Notes under the pieces: model-generated | Databases searched by the model: none | Told to the model about the DNA's origin: nothing | The model's input: only the letters and a program-made list of their open reading frames with translations | Translations under genes and position numbers: made by a program | In this document: one piece after another, positions 32,114 to 42,634 of the stretch | Layout of the letters: every line of letters begins with the position of its first letter | Position numbering within the stretch: position 1 is the first letter of the stretch | Source: an uncultured Deinococcaceae bacterium | Lineage (GTDB): Bacteria; Deinococcota; Deinococci; Deinococcales; Deinococcaceae | DNA: 64,000 nt | Assembly: GCA_964252075.1 (NCBI GenBank) | Contig: CAXULY010000013.1 | Span: forward strand, 1 to 64,000 | Direction: 5' to 3'

Positions 32114-33529
32114 ATGGCAGAAATGATCAGCAGGCAGGGCAACAAAGTGGAGTTCAAGGTCGCCGTCCCCGGCGCCGAGGTGAGCCGCGCCTACGCTCAG
32201 GTGTGGAGCGCGCTGTCGCGCGACGTGCGCGTGCCGGGCTTCCGGCCCGGCAAGGCGCCCAAGAGCGTCATCGAGAAGCGCGTGGGCTCAGGGTACGTGG
32301 AGAACGAGGTGCGCGACCGCCTCCTGCAGTCGCACTACCCGCAGGCCGTGCGTGAACTGAAGCTGAACCTCGTGGACGCCGAGATCGAACCCGAGAACCT
32401 CAAGGACGGCCAGACCTTCGAGTTCCTCGTGAAGGGCGAGACCTACCCTGAAGTGACGCTCGGCGACTGGAAGGCCATCGAGGTGCAGGGCAGCAACCCG
32501 GAGATCACGGACGACGTGCTGCAGCGCACCCTGTCGGACCTCCAGGAGCGCAACGCGACCTTCGAGGCCGTGGACCGCCCCATCGAGGCGACCGACATGG
32601 TCACCATCCAGGAGGCCCCCAGCGAGGAAGGCGGCGAGCAGGGCGGCAGCTACCCCGTGTACCTGGACGTCGCGGAAGCGCACGTGCGTGACGCGCTCGT
32701 CGGCAAGAACAAGGGTGACGAGGTGGAGATCACCGTGCCCGCGCACAGCCACGGCGACCACGAGCACCCCGCGCACACCGTGAAGGTCACCGTGCAGGAC
32801 GTGAAGCACAAGCAGCTTCAGGACCTGAACGACGACTTCGCGAAGAGCCTGAACTTCGACACCCTCGACAAGCTCCGCACGGACCTCCGCAGCGAACTCG
32901 AGCGCCGCGCGCAGGCGGAAGGCGAGAGCGCGCGCCGCGAGGCCTTCACGCAGGCCCTCGCGGACGGCATGACCGTCGAGATTCCCGAGGCGATGCTGGA
33001 GCGCCGCCGCGAGGCGATGCTCTCGGAGATCAAGGACGACCTCTCCCGCCAGGGCGTGAAGTGGGACGAGTACGAGAAGTTCATGACCGAGCAGGACAAG
33101 CTCGGTGACTTCATGGCGGACCTCGCGAAGAACGCCGAGACCCGCGTGCGCCGCGACCTCGCGCTGGAGAAACTGGCGGAGGAGCAGGGCGTGCAGATCA
33201 GCGACGCGGAGTTCAACGCGGCGCTGAACGCCCTCGCGCAGGCGAACCGCATGAGCCTGCAGGAGCTGCGCAACCAGCTCGGGCCGAACGGCCTGAACGG
33301 CTACTACGCCACGCTGCTGCGCGACCGCGGCCTCACGCAGGCCCTCGCGACCCTCGCGCCCGCCGCGGCGGCCAGCGAGACCAGCGAGGACGCGGGCAGC
33401 GCCGACGCCAGCAGCGAGCCCACCGGGGACGCCAGCGAGGCGCAGGACGCCGAGCCGGCGACCGAGCAGACCGACACCCAGGGTGAGGTCGCCGAGGCCG
33501 CCGAAGGCAAGGACGACGCGCAGGAGTAA
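32114..33529 (+). CDS. tig: Trigger factor
   Basis: VPGFRPGKAP signature; follows tRNA-Leu; acidic tail. Confidence 0.93.
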   Translation: MAEMISRQGNKVEFKVAVPGAEVSRAYAQVWSALSRDVRVPGFRPGKAPKSVIEKRVGSGYVENEVRDRLLQSHYPQAVRELKLNLVDAEIEPENLKDGQTFEFLVKGETYPEVTLGDWKAIEVQGSNPEITDDVLQRTLSDLQERNATFEAVDRPIEATDMVTIQEAPSEEGGEQGGSYPVYLDVAEAHVRDALVGKNKGDEVEITVPAHSHGDHEHPAHTVKVTVQDVKHKQLQDLNDDFAKSLNFDTLDKLRTDLRSELERRAQAEGESARREAFTQALADGMTVEIPEAMLERRREAMLSEIKDDLSRQGVKWDEYEKFMTEQDKLGDFMADLAKNAETRVRRDLALEKLAEEQGVQISDAEFNAALNALAQANRMSLQELRNQLGPNGLNGYYATLLRDRGLTQALATLAPAAAASETSEDAGSADASSEPTGDASEAQDAEPATEQTDTQGEVAEAAEGKDDAQE

Positions 33530-33638
33530 CGCGGCGTGGCACGGGGCGGGCGCGAGCAGCGCCCGCCCTTTTGCGTGCCGCGGTGAATTGGAACGCCCGG
33601 GGGGTTGCCGTGCGGCCCGCGCTCTAGAATCGAACGAC

Positions 33639-34892
33639 ATGTCGCTCCTGCGCCCCACCCCCACCCTGCAGCGCCGCCTGCCGGGCGGACTGACCCTGCT
33701 GTTCGAGCGGCGCGAGTCGCCCGGCTTCTCCTTCGAGCTGCGCCTGCCGCTCGGCAGCGCGCACGACCCGCCCGGCGCGGAAGGCACGGCGGGCGTGCTG
33801 GAGGAGTGGCTGTACCGCGGCGCGGGCGATCTGGACGCGCGCGGCCTCGCGGACCGCCTGGACGACCTGGGGTTGCAGCGCGGCGGGGGCCTCGCCGCGG
33901 AGTCCTTCACGCTGGCCGCCAGCGGCCTCGCGGAGGACCTGCCCGCCGCGCTCGCGCTGTACGCGGACATCGCGCGGCGCCCCGCGCTGCCGGACGCGGA
34001 ACTGCCGGTCCTCGTGGACCTCGCGCGCCAGGACCTCGACAGCCTTCTCGACCAGCCCGCCGAGCGCGCCGCGCTCGCGCTGCGCGCCCTCGCCTTCGGC
34101 GGCGGGAGCCCCATCGGCGCTGGGTACGGGCACGCGGTGAGCGGCACGCTGGAGGGCCTCGCGCGCGTGACGCCGGACGGCGCGCGCGCCCTGTACCGGC
34201 GCTTCACGCCACTCGGCGCAAGCCTCGCGGTGGTCGGCCCGACCGACGCCGAGCGCGCCCTCGCCGCCGCCGAGGCGGCCTTCGGGGACTGGGTGGGGGA
34301 GGCGCTGCCCGCCGTGCCGCTGCACTTCCAGGCGGGCCTGAGCCGCCACATCGAGGCGGACAGCGCCCAGACGCACATGGCGCTCGTGCAGCGCGGCCCC
34401 GACCCGCGCGGCCCGCACTGGCTGGCGTGGCAGCTCGCGCTGGTGGCGCTCTCGGGCGGCAGCGCGAGTCGCCTCTTTCACGCGGTGCGTGAGGAGCGCG
34501 GTCTCGCGTACAGCGTGGGCGCCGTGCCGCAGGTGCTGGGCGGGCAGGGCTTCCTGCACGCCTACGCGGGCACCACGCCCGAGCGCGCCGCGGAGACCCT
34601 GGCGGTCCTGCGGGCGGAACTCACGCGCCTGCGCCTGGGCCTCAGTGCGGCCGAGTTCGAGCGCGCCCGCGAGGGCCTGCTGGGCGCCGTGGTGTTCGGC
34701 GCGGAGAGCGCGCGCGCCCGCGCGGGCGCCCTGAACCGCGATCTCGCGCTGCTGGGGCACACGCGCGCCCCCACAGACCTGCGCGCGGACGTGGAGGCCC
34801 TCACGCTGGAGGGCGTGAACGCCTTTCTCGTGGACTTCGACCCGGGCGAGCCCAGTCAGGTCACGCTGGGACCGGAGGGCCTGCATGCCTGA
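33639..34892 (+). CDS. M16 peptidase-like subunit, probably non-catalytic
   Basis: SRLF..VREERGLAYSV but no HxxEH (GVLEEW). Confidence 0.82.
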   Translation: MSLLRPTPTLQRRLPGGLTLLFERRESPGFSFELRLPLGSAHDPPGAEGTAGVLEEWLYRGAGDLDARGLADRLDDLGLQRGGGLAAESFTLAASGLAEDLPAALALYADIARRPALPDAELPVLVDLARQDLDSLLDQPAERAALALRALAFGGGSPIGAGYGHAVSGTLEGLARVTPDGARALYRRFTPLGASLAVVGPTDAERALAAAEAAFGDWVGEALPAVPLHFQAGLSRHIEADSAQTHMALVQRGPDPRGPHWLAWQLALVALSGGSASRLFHAVREERGLAYSVGAVPQVLGGQGFLHAYAGTTPERAAETLAVLRAELTRLRLGLSAAEFERAREGLLGAVVFGAESARARAGALNRDLALLGHTRAPTDLRADVEALTLEGVNAFLVDFDPGEPSQVTLGPEGLHA

Positions 34893-36102
34893 GCTGGTCC
34901 TCACGCGCACCCTCGGGAACGGCCTGCGGCTGGTGCTGGCGCCCGACGCGCAGGCGCAGACGGTGGCGCTCGGCTTCTTCGTGAACACCGGCGCGCGCGA
35001 CGAGGCGCCCGCCCAGCTGGGCGCCTCGCACTTCCTGGAGCACCTGATGTTCAAGGGCAGCGACGCGCTCAGCGCCGCCGAGCTGAACGAACGCCTGGAC
35101 AGCCTGGGCGGGCACGTGAACGCCTTCACGGGCGAGGAGGTCACGGTCTACCACGCCGCCGCCCTGCCGGAACGCGCGCCCGAACTGCTCGCGACCCTCG
35201 CGGAACTCATGCGCCCCGCCCTGCGCGAGGAGGACGTGGAGGTGGAGCGCGGCGTGATCCTCGAGGAGATCGCCATGTACGCCGACGACCCCGCATCGCG
35301 CGTCTTCGACCTCGCGCGCGCCGCGTACTGGGACGGCCACCCGCTCGGTCAGCTGGTGCTCGGCACGCCCGACACCGTCGGTGCGCTGCGCGCCGCGGAC
35401 CTCCGCGCGGCCCTCGGCACGCGCTACGGCACCGCCCGCACGCTGCTCGTCGCGAGCGGCGCGCTGGACGCCACGGCCCTCGCCGCGCAGGCGGAGGCGC
35501 TCACCGCGCACTGGCCGCGCGGCGGCTTCACGCGCGCGCACCCGCCGCACCACCCCCAGGCGCGCGAACTGCGCGTGCAGGACGCCCGCCTGGGCCGCAC
35601 GCAGTTCGCCCTCATCGCGCCCGGCGTGTCCGTCACGGACGCGCGGCGCGAGGCGGCCGCCGTGCTCGCCGAGGTTGTGGGCGGCGAGAACGGGCGCCTG
35701 TACTGGTCGCTGATCGAGCCGGGCCTCGCGGACAGCGCGGACCTCACGCACAACGACTTCGACGAGACCGGCAGCTTCGAGGGGGGCTGGAGCTGCGACC
35801 CGGAGCGCGCGGCGGGCAGCCTGCGCGTGGTGCGCGCCCTGCTCGACGACCTGCAGGGCCGCGGCGTGACGGCGGCGGAGGTGGCGCGCGCGCAGCGCAA
35901 ATTGGCGGTCGCCACGCTGCTGCGCGAGGAAACCCCCTACGGGCGGCTCTTCGACCTGGGCGAGACCGCCCTGAGTTTCGGCGAGCCGCTCACGGTGGAG
36001 GCGCAGGTGGCGCGCCTGCGCGGCGTCACGCCCGAGGAGGTGAACGCCCTGCTGGCCGCGCGGCCCTTCGACCGCGCCACGCTCGCGCAGCTGGGGCCGT
36101 AA
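34885..36102 (+). CDS. M16 zinc peptidase, catalytic subunit
   Basis: HFLEH, NAFT, ERGVILEE. Confidence 0.88.
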   Translation: MPELVLTRTLGNGLRLVLAPDAQAQTVALGFFVNTGARDEAPAQLGASHFLEHLMFKGSDALSAAELNERLDSLGGHVNAFTGEEVTVYHAAALPERAPELLATLAELMRPALREEDVEVERGVILEEIAMYADDPASRVFDLARAAYWDGHPLGQLVLGTPDTVGALRAADLRAALGTRYGTARTLLVASGALDATALAAQAEALTAHWPRGGFTRAHPPHHPQARELRVQDARLGRTQFALIAPGVSVTDARREAAAVLAEVVGGENGRLYWSLIEPGLADSADLTHNDFDETGSFEGGWSCDPERAAGSLRVVRALLDDLQGRGVTAAEVARAQRKLAVATLLREETPYGRLFDLGETALSFGEPLTVEAQVARLRGVTPEEVNALLAARPFDRATLAQLGP

Positions 36103-36106
36103 CGCC

Positions 36107-37084
36107 TCAGCGCGGCGTGCCGAAGGTCTGCGCCCAGTACCGGCCGTTCGGGGAGCCCGCCCGCGCGGCGTACGCCACGCCGATCTCCCGGTAGTCCCCC
36201 ATGATGTTGTGGCAGTGGCCGGGGCTGCGCAGCCACGCGTCCACCACCTCCTGCGGGCTCTGCTGCCCGCCCGCGATGTTCTCCCCGGTGCTCGCGAAGG
36301 TGTACCCGGTGGCGGTCACGCGGTCCTGCGGGGCGCTGCCGTCCACCGGGGAGACGTGCGCGGCGTAGCCGTTGAGGGCCATCAGGGTGGCCTGCGTGCG
36401 CGCCGCGAGTTCCAGTTCGGCGTTCCGCGCGAGCGGCGGGAGGGCCGGCCCGCCGTACGCCTTGAGGGCGCAGTTCCAGCCGCGCGCCCGCGCGGCGTTC
36501 GTGAGACGCAGCACCTCCAGCTCGAACGGCACGCTGGTCTGCACGGGCCCCAGGAACACCCTGAAGTCGCGCGTGAGCGGGCCCGAGCGGCCCGCGAGGC
36601 CCAGGTGCACGGTGTGCCAGCCGGGCGTGGGCGCCACGGGGCTGGCGGTGGGTCGCCCGTCCAGCGCCCAGGTCGGCCGGGGCGGCGCGTACACCCGTGA
36701 CGCGGCGGCGCTCAGCCACACGCGCGCGCCGTCCGTGAGCAGCACCGCGCGCGCCTGCTCCGGCCCGGCGTCCCGCACCTCGACCTGCAGCACGCTGCTG
36801 GACGTGCCGAGCGCCGTCGTGACCTGCGCCCGCACGCGGTACTGCCCCGGCGCGTAGAAGGTGTGCGCGGCGCGCGCGCCCTGCGCGCTCACGCCGTCCC
36901 CGAAGTCCCACGCCACGCGCGCGCCCGCCGGGACCCTCGCCTCGAACTCCGCCGCGAGCGGCGCGAGGCGGTCCTCCGGGACGCTCGCCTGCACCTGCAC
37001 CGCGCCGAAGTCCGGCGCGCCCAGCGAGTGCGGGGCGAGGGCGGCGAGCAGCAGGGCGGTCAGCGGGGTGAGGGCGCGGCGCAT
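36107..37084 (-). CDS. Secreted PKD plus CAP/SCP domain protein
   Basis: Signal peptide, WDFGDG, GENIA, WLRSPGHC. Confidence 0.85.
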   Translation of the reverse strand: MRRALTPLTALLLAALAPHSLGAPDFGAVQVQASVPEDRLAPLAAEFEARVPAGARVAWDFGDGVSAQGARAAHTFYAPGQYRVRAQVTTALGTSSSVLQVEVRDAGPEQARAVLLTDGARVWLSAAASRVYAPPRPTWALDGRPTASPVAPTPGWHTVHLGLAGRSGPLTRDFRVFLGPVQTSVPFELEVLRLTNAARARGWNCALKAYGGPALPPLARNAELELAARTQATLMALNGYAAHVSPVDGSAPQDRVTATGYTFASTGENIAGGQQSPQEVVDAWLRSPGHCHNIMGDYREIGVAYAARAGSPNGRYWAQTFGTPR

Positions 37085-37163
37085 CACGGCCCTCAGGCTA
37101 GCGCGGGCGCGCCAGTGTGGCCCCCTCACTTGACCGCTCCCAGCGCGGCGCGTAGGGTGGAGT

Positions 37164-37268
37164 CCGACGAGGCGCGGGGGAAGTCCGGTGGGAATCCGGC
37201 ACTGTCGCGCAACGGTGAGCCGCCCGGCGCGTCCGGCGTGGCGAGTCCGAACACCCGCCCCGTCGGGC
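37164..37268 (+). ncRNA. Cobalamin riboswitch
   Basis: GGGAAGTCCGGTG..AATCCGGCACTGTCGCGCAACGGT..GAGTCCGAACAC; closing helix ccgacg/cgtcgg; promoter TTGACC-17-TAGGGT at 37130-58; upstream of btuF. Confidence 0.92.
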
Positions 37269-37335
37269 CAGCCGCACGCTGGCCCGGTCACGACCCCTCG
37301 CGGAAAGGGGGACGCCCAGCCGCACTGGTCGCGCC

Positions 37336-37367
37336 ACACCTCCGCCCATCGGGCGGAGGTGTTTTTT
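37336..37367 (+). terminator. Riboswitch-associated intrinsic terminator
   Basis: acacctccgccc-atc-gggcggaggtgt followed by a T run. Confidence 0.85.
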
Positions 37368-37389
37368 CGCGGGGGAGAAGGAAGCACCC

Positions 37390-38256
37390 ATGAACCGCCT
37401 TCTGACCCTGGCCCTCACGGGCGCCGCCCTGAGCGGCGCGGCCCTCGCCACGCAGTACCCCCTCACCCTCAAGGACGACCTGGGCCGCAGCGTGACCTTC
37501 AGCGCGGAACCCACCCGCATCGTGAGCGCGCTCCCCAGCAGCACTGAGACCCTGTGCGCGATCGGCGCGTGCAGCAAACTCGTCGGCATCGACGCGTACA
37601 GCGATTACCCGCCGCAGGCCGCGAAGCTCCCGAAGGTCGCGGACCTCTTCACCCCGAATGTGGAAGCGATCGTGGCGCTCAAGCCGGACCTCGTGCTGAT
37701 CAGCAAGTACGGGAAGCTGGGAGACGCCCTGAACGCCGTGGGCATCCGCACCTTCGCGCTGAACCCCGAGACCTACGACGAGGTCTTCACGAAGAGCCGC
37801 ACGCTCGGGCGCCTCGTGAACCGCGAGGCGCAAGCCCGGCAGCTGGAAATCCAGATGCGGCGCGACATCGCTAAAGTCGAGATCCTCACGAAGAACGCCC
37901 GCAAGGTCAGCACCTACCTGGAGATTGACCCCACGCCGTACACGGTCGGGCCGAACAGCTTCATGGGCGTGATGCTCACCAAGGCGGGCGCGCAGAACAT
38001 CATTCCCGCGCGACTCGGGGACTTCCCGCAGATCAGCCCGGAACTGGTGGTGCAGCAGAACCCTGCACTGATCCTCGGCGTGGACGCCGACACCGCCCGC
38101 AAGCGTCCCGGCTGGGCGAGCATCGCCGCCGTGAAGGCGGGCCGCGTGATGAAACTCCCGGGCGCCCTGGATACCATCCTGTCCCGGCCGGGGCCGCGCC
38201 TCCCGCAGGCGCTGCTGGGCCTCGCGCGGCTCGTGCACCCCGAACTCTTCAAGTGA
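37390..38256 (+). CDS. btuF: Cobalamin ABC transporter substrate-binding protein
   Basis: RIVSALPSSTE, LKPDLV, RPGPRL; under B12 riboswitch. Confidence 0.85.
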   Translation: MNRLLTLALTGAALSGAALATQYPLTLKDDLGRSVTFSAEPTRIVSALPSSTETLCAIGACSKLVGIDAYSDYPPQAAKLPKVADLFTPNVEAIVALKPDLVLISKYGKLGDALNAVGIRTFALNPETYDEVFTKSRTLGRLVNREAQARQLEIQMRRDIAKVEILTKNARKVSTYLEIDPTPYTVGPNSFMGVMLTKAGAQNIIPARLGDFPQISPELVVQQNPALILGVDADTARKRPGWASIAAVKAGRVMKLPGALDTILSRPGPRLPQALLGLARLVHPELFK

Positions 38257-38266
38257 GCCGCGCCGC

Positions 38267-39301
38267 GTGAGTGACACCCGCCCCGCCGCGCCCGCGCGCG
38301 CCCTCACCCGCCCACGCTGGCGGGTGGGCCGCACCGCCGCGCTGCTCGCCCTGACGCTCGTGAGCCTGCTGCTCGCCTGCGCGCTCGGCAGCGTGAACAT
38401 CCCCGCGGCGGACACCGTGCGCGCAGTGTGGCACGGCCTCACGGGGCGGATCGGTGAGGGCAACGACGTGATCGTGTGGCAGCTGCGCCTGCCGCGCGCC
38501 GCGCTGGGTTTTCTGGTCGGCGCGAGCCTCGCGGCGTGCGGCGGGGCGTACCAGGGCGTGTTCCGCAACCCGCTCGCGGACCCGTACCTGATGGGCGTTG
38601 CGAGCGGCGCGGCCTTCGGCGCGACGCTCGCGCTCGTGGCGGGCTGGCCCGCCGCGTGGCTCCCCGTGTGCGCCATGGCGGGCGCCCTGGCGAGCGTCTT
38701 CGCGACCCTGGCGCTCGCGCGCAGTGGCGCGCGCTTCCCCGTGAACCGCCTGATCCTCGCGGGCGTCGTGGTGGGCAGCGTCCTGACGGCGGCGGGCACG
38801 TACCTGATGCTGCGCGGCGAGGACCGCACCCGGCAGGTCCTCGCGTACACCCTCGGGAACCTCGCGTTCAGCGGCTGGAGCGCCGTGCTGACCGTACTGC
38901 CCTACGCCGTGGTGGGCGTGGGCCTGCTGCTGCTGCTCGCGCGCGCCCTGAACACCCTGCAGCTCGGGGACCTCACCGCGCGCAGCCTGGGCCTCCCCGT
39001 GGAGCGCCTGCGCCTCATGGTGGTGATCGCGTCGAGCCTCGCGACGGCCGCCGCCGTGAGTTACGCGGGCATCATCGGCTTCGTGGGACTCCTCACGCCG
39101 CACGTGGTGCGGCGGTTGTGGGGCGGCGACCACAGGGTGCTGCTGCCGGTGTCCATGCTGGCGGGCGGCACGCTGCTGGTCCTCAGCGACCTGCTGGCGC
39201 GCACCCTCACGCGCCCCACGGAACTCCCAGTGGGCGTGGTGACCACGCTGCTGGGCGGGCCGTTCTTCCTGTACCTGCTCAGCCGGAGCAAGAGCGAGTG
39301 A
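38267..39301 (+). CDS. btuC: Cobalamin ABC transporter permease
   Basis: LRLPR, RNPLADPYLMG, IGFVGL..PH. Confidence 0.85.
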   Translation: MSDTRPAAPARALTRPRWRVGRTAALLALTLVSLLLACALGSVNIPAADTVRAVWHGLTGRIGEGNDVIVWQLRLPRAALGFLVGASLAACGGAYQGVFRNPLADPYLMGVASGAAFGATLALVAGWPAAWLPVCAMAGALASVFATLALARSGARFPVNRLILAGVVVGSVLTAAGTYLMLRGEDRTRQVLAYTLGNLAFSGWSAVLTVLPYAVVGVGLLLLLARALNTLQLGDLTARSLGLPVERLRLMVVIASSLATAAAVSYAGIIGFVGLLTPHVVRRLWGGDHRVLLPVSMLAGGTLLVLSDLLARTLTRPTELPVGVVTTLLGGPFFLYLLSRSKSE

Positions 39302-40110
39302 GCGCCGCGCCCGCCCTCACCCCGGACGCCGCACTGGAGGCGCGCGACCTCAGCGTGCGGCTGGGTCAGACGCGCGTGCTGGACGCCGTGAGCGCCCGCT
39401 TTGTGCGCGGGCAGCTGACGGTCATCCTGGGCCCCAACGGCGCGGGCAAGAGCACGCTGCTGCGCGCCCTGCTGGGCCTCACGCCCCCCACGGCGGGCGA
39501 GGTGCACCTGGATGGGCGACCCCTCAGCGCTTGGGGCCGGGCGGAGCGCGCGCGGCGCCTCTCGTACCTCGGGCAGGGCGAGCCGCTCCCCGAGGACGCC
39601 ACGGTGCGCGACACCGCCGCGCTCGGGCGGGGCGTGCACCGCTGGCTGTGGGGCCTGCTGCCCAACCCGCTCGGCGCGCCGGACGCGGGCGCGGACCTCG
39701 CCGTGAAGCGCGCCCTCGCGCGCACCGACACCCTGCGCCTCGCGGAGCGCCGCGTGGGGCAGCTGTCCGGCGGGGAGCGGCAGCGCGTGGGCCTCGCGCG
39801 CGCCCTCGCGGGCGAACCAGACTACCTGCTGCTGGACGAACCCACCAACCACCTCGACGTGGGCTACGGCCTGGACCTGCTGCGCCTCCTGCGCGCGGAA
39901 GCCCAGGGCGGCCTGGGTGTCGTGGCGGTCCTGCACGACCTGAACCTCGCCGCGCGCGCCGACCACCTGCTGCTGCTGCACGCGGGCCAGGTGCTCGCGG
40001 AAGGCCCACCGCACGCCGTCCTGACGCCCGAACACCTGCTCACCGCCTACGGCCTGCGCGCCAGCCTCCTCACGGTCGGCGCGCGACTGGTCGTGGTGCC
40101 GGAGGACTGA
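39298..40110 (+). CDS. btuD: Cobalamin ABC transporter ATPase
   Basis: [28 protein letters not shown]. Confidence 0.85.
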   Translation: MSAAPALTPDAALEARDLSVRLGQTRVLDAVSARFVRGQLTVILGPNGAGKSTLLRALLGLTPPTAGEVHLDGRPLSAWGRAERARRLSYLGQGEPLPEDATVRDTAALGRGVHRWLWGLLPNPLGAPDAGADLAVKRALARTDTLRLAERRVGQLSGGERQRVGLARALAGEPDYLLLDEPTNHLDVGYGLDLLRLLRAEAQGGLGVVAVLHDLNLAARADHLLLLHAGQVLAEGPPHAVLTPEHLLTAYGLRASLLTVGARLVVVPED

Positions 40111-40111
40111 C

Positions 40112-40723
40112 ATGACCGAAGACACCCAGCGCCGCGCCGCGGCCACCCAGGAACTCGAGGCGCAGCGCGCCCGCCACCAGAAGACCGAGGGGCCCAGCGG
40201 CGCGCGCCGCCGTGGCCTCGTCATCGTGAACACCGGGCACGGCAAGGGCAAGACGACCGCCGCGCTCGGCCTGATGCTGCGCGCCAGCGGGCGCGGCCTG
40301 AAGGTGCGGCTCTACCAGTTCATCAAGCACGAACGCGCGAAGTTCGGGGAGCACCGCAGCCTCGACGCGCTCGGGCTCACGTACCAGGGCCTCGGGGACG
40401 GCTTCACGTGGCGCTCCCGGGACCTGGACGGCTCCGCCGCCATGGCGCTCGCGGGCTGGCACGAGGCGCGGGACGCCATCCTGAGCGGCGCGTGGGACAT
40501 GGTGGTGCTGGACGAGTTCACGTACGCCCTGACGTTCGGGTGGGTGCCGTGGAGCGAGGTGGAGGAGACCCTGCGCGCCCGCGACCCGAAGGTGCACGTG
40601 ATCATCACGGGCCGCAACGCCCTGCCGGAACTCGTGGCGCTCGCGGACACCGTCACCGAGATGCAGCCCGTGAAGCACGCGTACAGCGCGGGCATCGCCG
40701 CGCAGGCGGGCATCGAGCATTGA
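40112..40723 (+). CDS. cobO: Cob(I)yrinic acid a,c-diamide adenosyltransferase
   Basis: [27 protein letters not shown]. Confidence 0.92.
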   Translation: MTEDTQRRAAATQELEAQRARHQKTEGPSGARRRGLVIVNTGHGKGKTTAALGLMLRASGRGLKVRLYQFIKHERAKFGEHRSLDALGLTYQGLGDGFTWRSRDLDGSAAMALAGWHEARDAILSGAWDMVVLDEFTYALTFGWVPWSEVEETLRARDPKVHVIITGRNALPELVALADTVTEMQPVKHAYSAGIAAQAGIEH

Positions 40724-41616
40724 CGGCGCGTGCCTGCACCGCATTAGCCGCGCTCGCCCTGGACCTCACGCTGGGCGAGCCGCCCACCCCCCTGCACCCC
40801 GTGGTGGGCATGGGGCGCTATCTGCGCTGGGCGCGCGCCCGCTGGCGCGGCACCACACCCGGAGCGCAGCTGCTGGAGGGCGGCGCCGCGTGGGTGCTCG
40901 GTGCAGCCGGGAGCGCGCTCGTGGGGGCGCTAGCAGCGCGCGCGCCGTGGTGGGGGCAGGCGCTGGCCCTCAAGCCGCTGCTGTCCGCGCGCGCGCTGTT
41001 CGCCGCGGTGCGCGCGGTGGAGGCCCCCCTGCTGCGCGGTGACCTGCCGGAGGCGCGGCGCCTGCTGGCGTGGCACCTCGTGAGCCGCCCCACCCACGAC
41101 CTGAGCGCCCCCGAGGTCGCGGCCGCCGCCATCGAGAGCCTCTTCGAGAACCTCTCGGACTCCGTGGTGGCGCCGCTCCTCGCGCACCAGCTGGGCGGCC
41201 TGCCGCTCGCGGCGCTGTACCGCTTCGCGAACACCGCGGACGCCACCTGGGGCTACCGCACCCCCGAGCTGGAGTGGCGCGGCAAGGTCGCCGCGCGCGC
41301 CGACGACCTGCTGAACCTGCTGCCCGCGCGCCTCACGGCGCTGCTGGTGGTGGCCGCCGCGCACGCGGGCTTCGACGGGCGGGGCGCGTGGCGCACCCTG
41401 CGCCGGGACGCGCGCCGCACCGCGTCCCCCAACGCGGGCTGGCCCATGGCCGCCGCGGCGGGCGCACTCGGCGTGCGCCTCACCAAGCGCGGGCACTACA
41501 CGCTCGGCGCGGGCCGCGAGGCGCGCGCGCAGGACCTCGCGCGCGCGCGCAGGCTGGCGGGCGCCGCCCTCGCGCTCGGCGCGGCGGCGCTGCTGCTCGG
41601 GGGCGGGCGTGCCTGA
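40720..41616 (+). CDS. cbiB: Adenosylcobinamide-phosphate synthase
   Basis: [35 protein letters not shown] start inferred. Confidence 0.88.
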   Translation: MTARACTALAALALDLTLGEPPTPLHPVVGMGRYLRWARARWRGTTPGAQLLEGGAAWVLGAAGSALVGALAARAPWWGQALALKPLLSARALFAAVRAVEAPLLRGDLPEARRLLAWHLVSRPTHDLSAPEVAAAAIESLFENLSDSVVAPLLAHQLGGLPLAALYRFANTADATWGYRTPELEWRGKVAARADDLLNLLPARLTALLVVAAAHAGFDGRGAWRTLRRDARRTASPNAGWPMAAAAGALGVRLTKRGHYTLGAGREARAQDLARARRLAGAALALGAAALLLGGGRA

Positions 41617-42634
41617 GCCGCTGCACCCCCAGGTGCCGCGCGCGCCGCACGGCGGGCCCGGCGCGCGGCCCTTCGCGGGCCTGGACTTCAGCGTGAACAG
41701 CAACCCCTTCGGGCCGAACCCCCAACTGGTGAGCGCCGCGCGGCACGCGGACCCCGGCGCGTACCCGGACGCCACCCTCACCGCCCTGCGCCGCACCCTG
41801 GCGGACCTGCACGCGGCGCGCCCGGACGCGGTGGTGCCCGCCGTGGGCGCGTCGGAACTGCTGCACCGCGTGGCGCGCGCGTACCTGCGGCCCGGCGCGC
41901 GCGCCCTCACGCTCGGCCCGGCCTTCGGAGAGTTCGCGCGCGCGGTGGCCCTGCAGGGCGCGCACCTGGACAGGCTGGACCCCGCGCGTCCGCGCGACTG
42001 GGCGGCGACGCTCGCCGTGCGGCCCACGCTGGTGTACGTGTCCCGGCCGAACAACCCGCTCGGCACGTCCGTGGACCTCGAAGACCTGCACGCTCTGGCG
42101 GACGCCTGCGCCCACGCAGACGCCCTGCTCATCCTCGACGAGGCGTACCGGCCACTGGTGCCCGACCTGCCCACCCTCCCCATGCACGCCGCCGTGCTGA
42201 CGCTGCACTCGCCCGGCAAGCTGCACGGCGTGGTGGGCCTGCGCCCTGCCTACGCCCTCGCGCCGCCCCAGGTGGCCAATGCCCTGGAGAACCTCGCGCC
42301 CACCTGGCCGCTCCCCTCGCCCGTGGTCGCCACCCTCGCCGCGCTCCCGGACGCGCAGGCCTTCGTGGCGGACACCCTGCCGCGCTGGCAGGCCGCCGCG
42401 CGCGACCTCGCCCGCGACCTCGCGGCGCTCGCCCCCGTCGCGCACCACGGCCCGCCCTTCCTCACGGTGCGGGTGGGGGATGCCGCGCGCGTGAGCGCGG
42501 CCCTCCTGGAACGCGGCCTGCGCGTGCGCGACTGCGCGAGCTACGGGCACCCGGACCTCATCCGCGTCTGTGCCCGCCAGCCGCACGACAACGCCCGCCT
42601 GGTGCGGGCGCTCGCGGAGGTGCAGGGTGGCTAG
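41609..42634 (+). CDS. PLP-dependent threonine-phosphate decarboxylase-like protein
   Basis: [27 protein letters not shown]; cob operon context. Confidence 0.82.
   Translation: MPEPLHPQVPRAPHGGPGARPFAGLDFSVNSNPFGPNPQLVSAARHADPGAYPDATLTALRRTLADLHAARPDAVVPAVGASELLHRVARAYLRPGARALTLGPAFGEFARAVALQGAHLDRLDPARPRDWAATLAVRPTLVYVSRPNNPLGTSVDLEDLHALADACAHADALLILDEAYRPLVPDLPTLPMHAAVLTLHSPGKLHGVVGLRPAYALAPPQVANALENLAPTWPLPSPVVATLAALPDAQAFVADTLPRWQAAARDLARDLAALAPVAHHGPPFLTVRVGDAARVSAALLERGLRVRDCASYGHPDLIRVCARQPHDNARLVRALAEVQGG

Noticed and set aside
33639..34892. M16 gene lacking HxxEH as a pseudogene
   Set aside because: Intact frame; inactive/active M16 pairs are a known heterodimer arrangement
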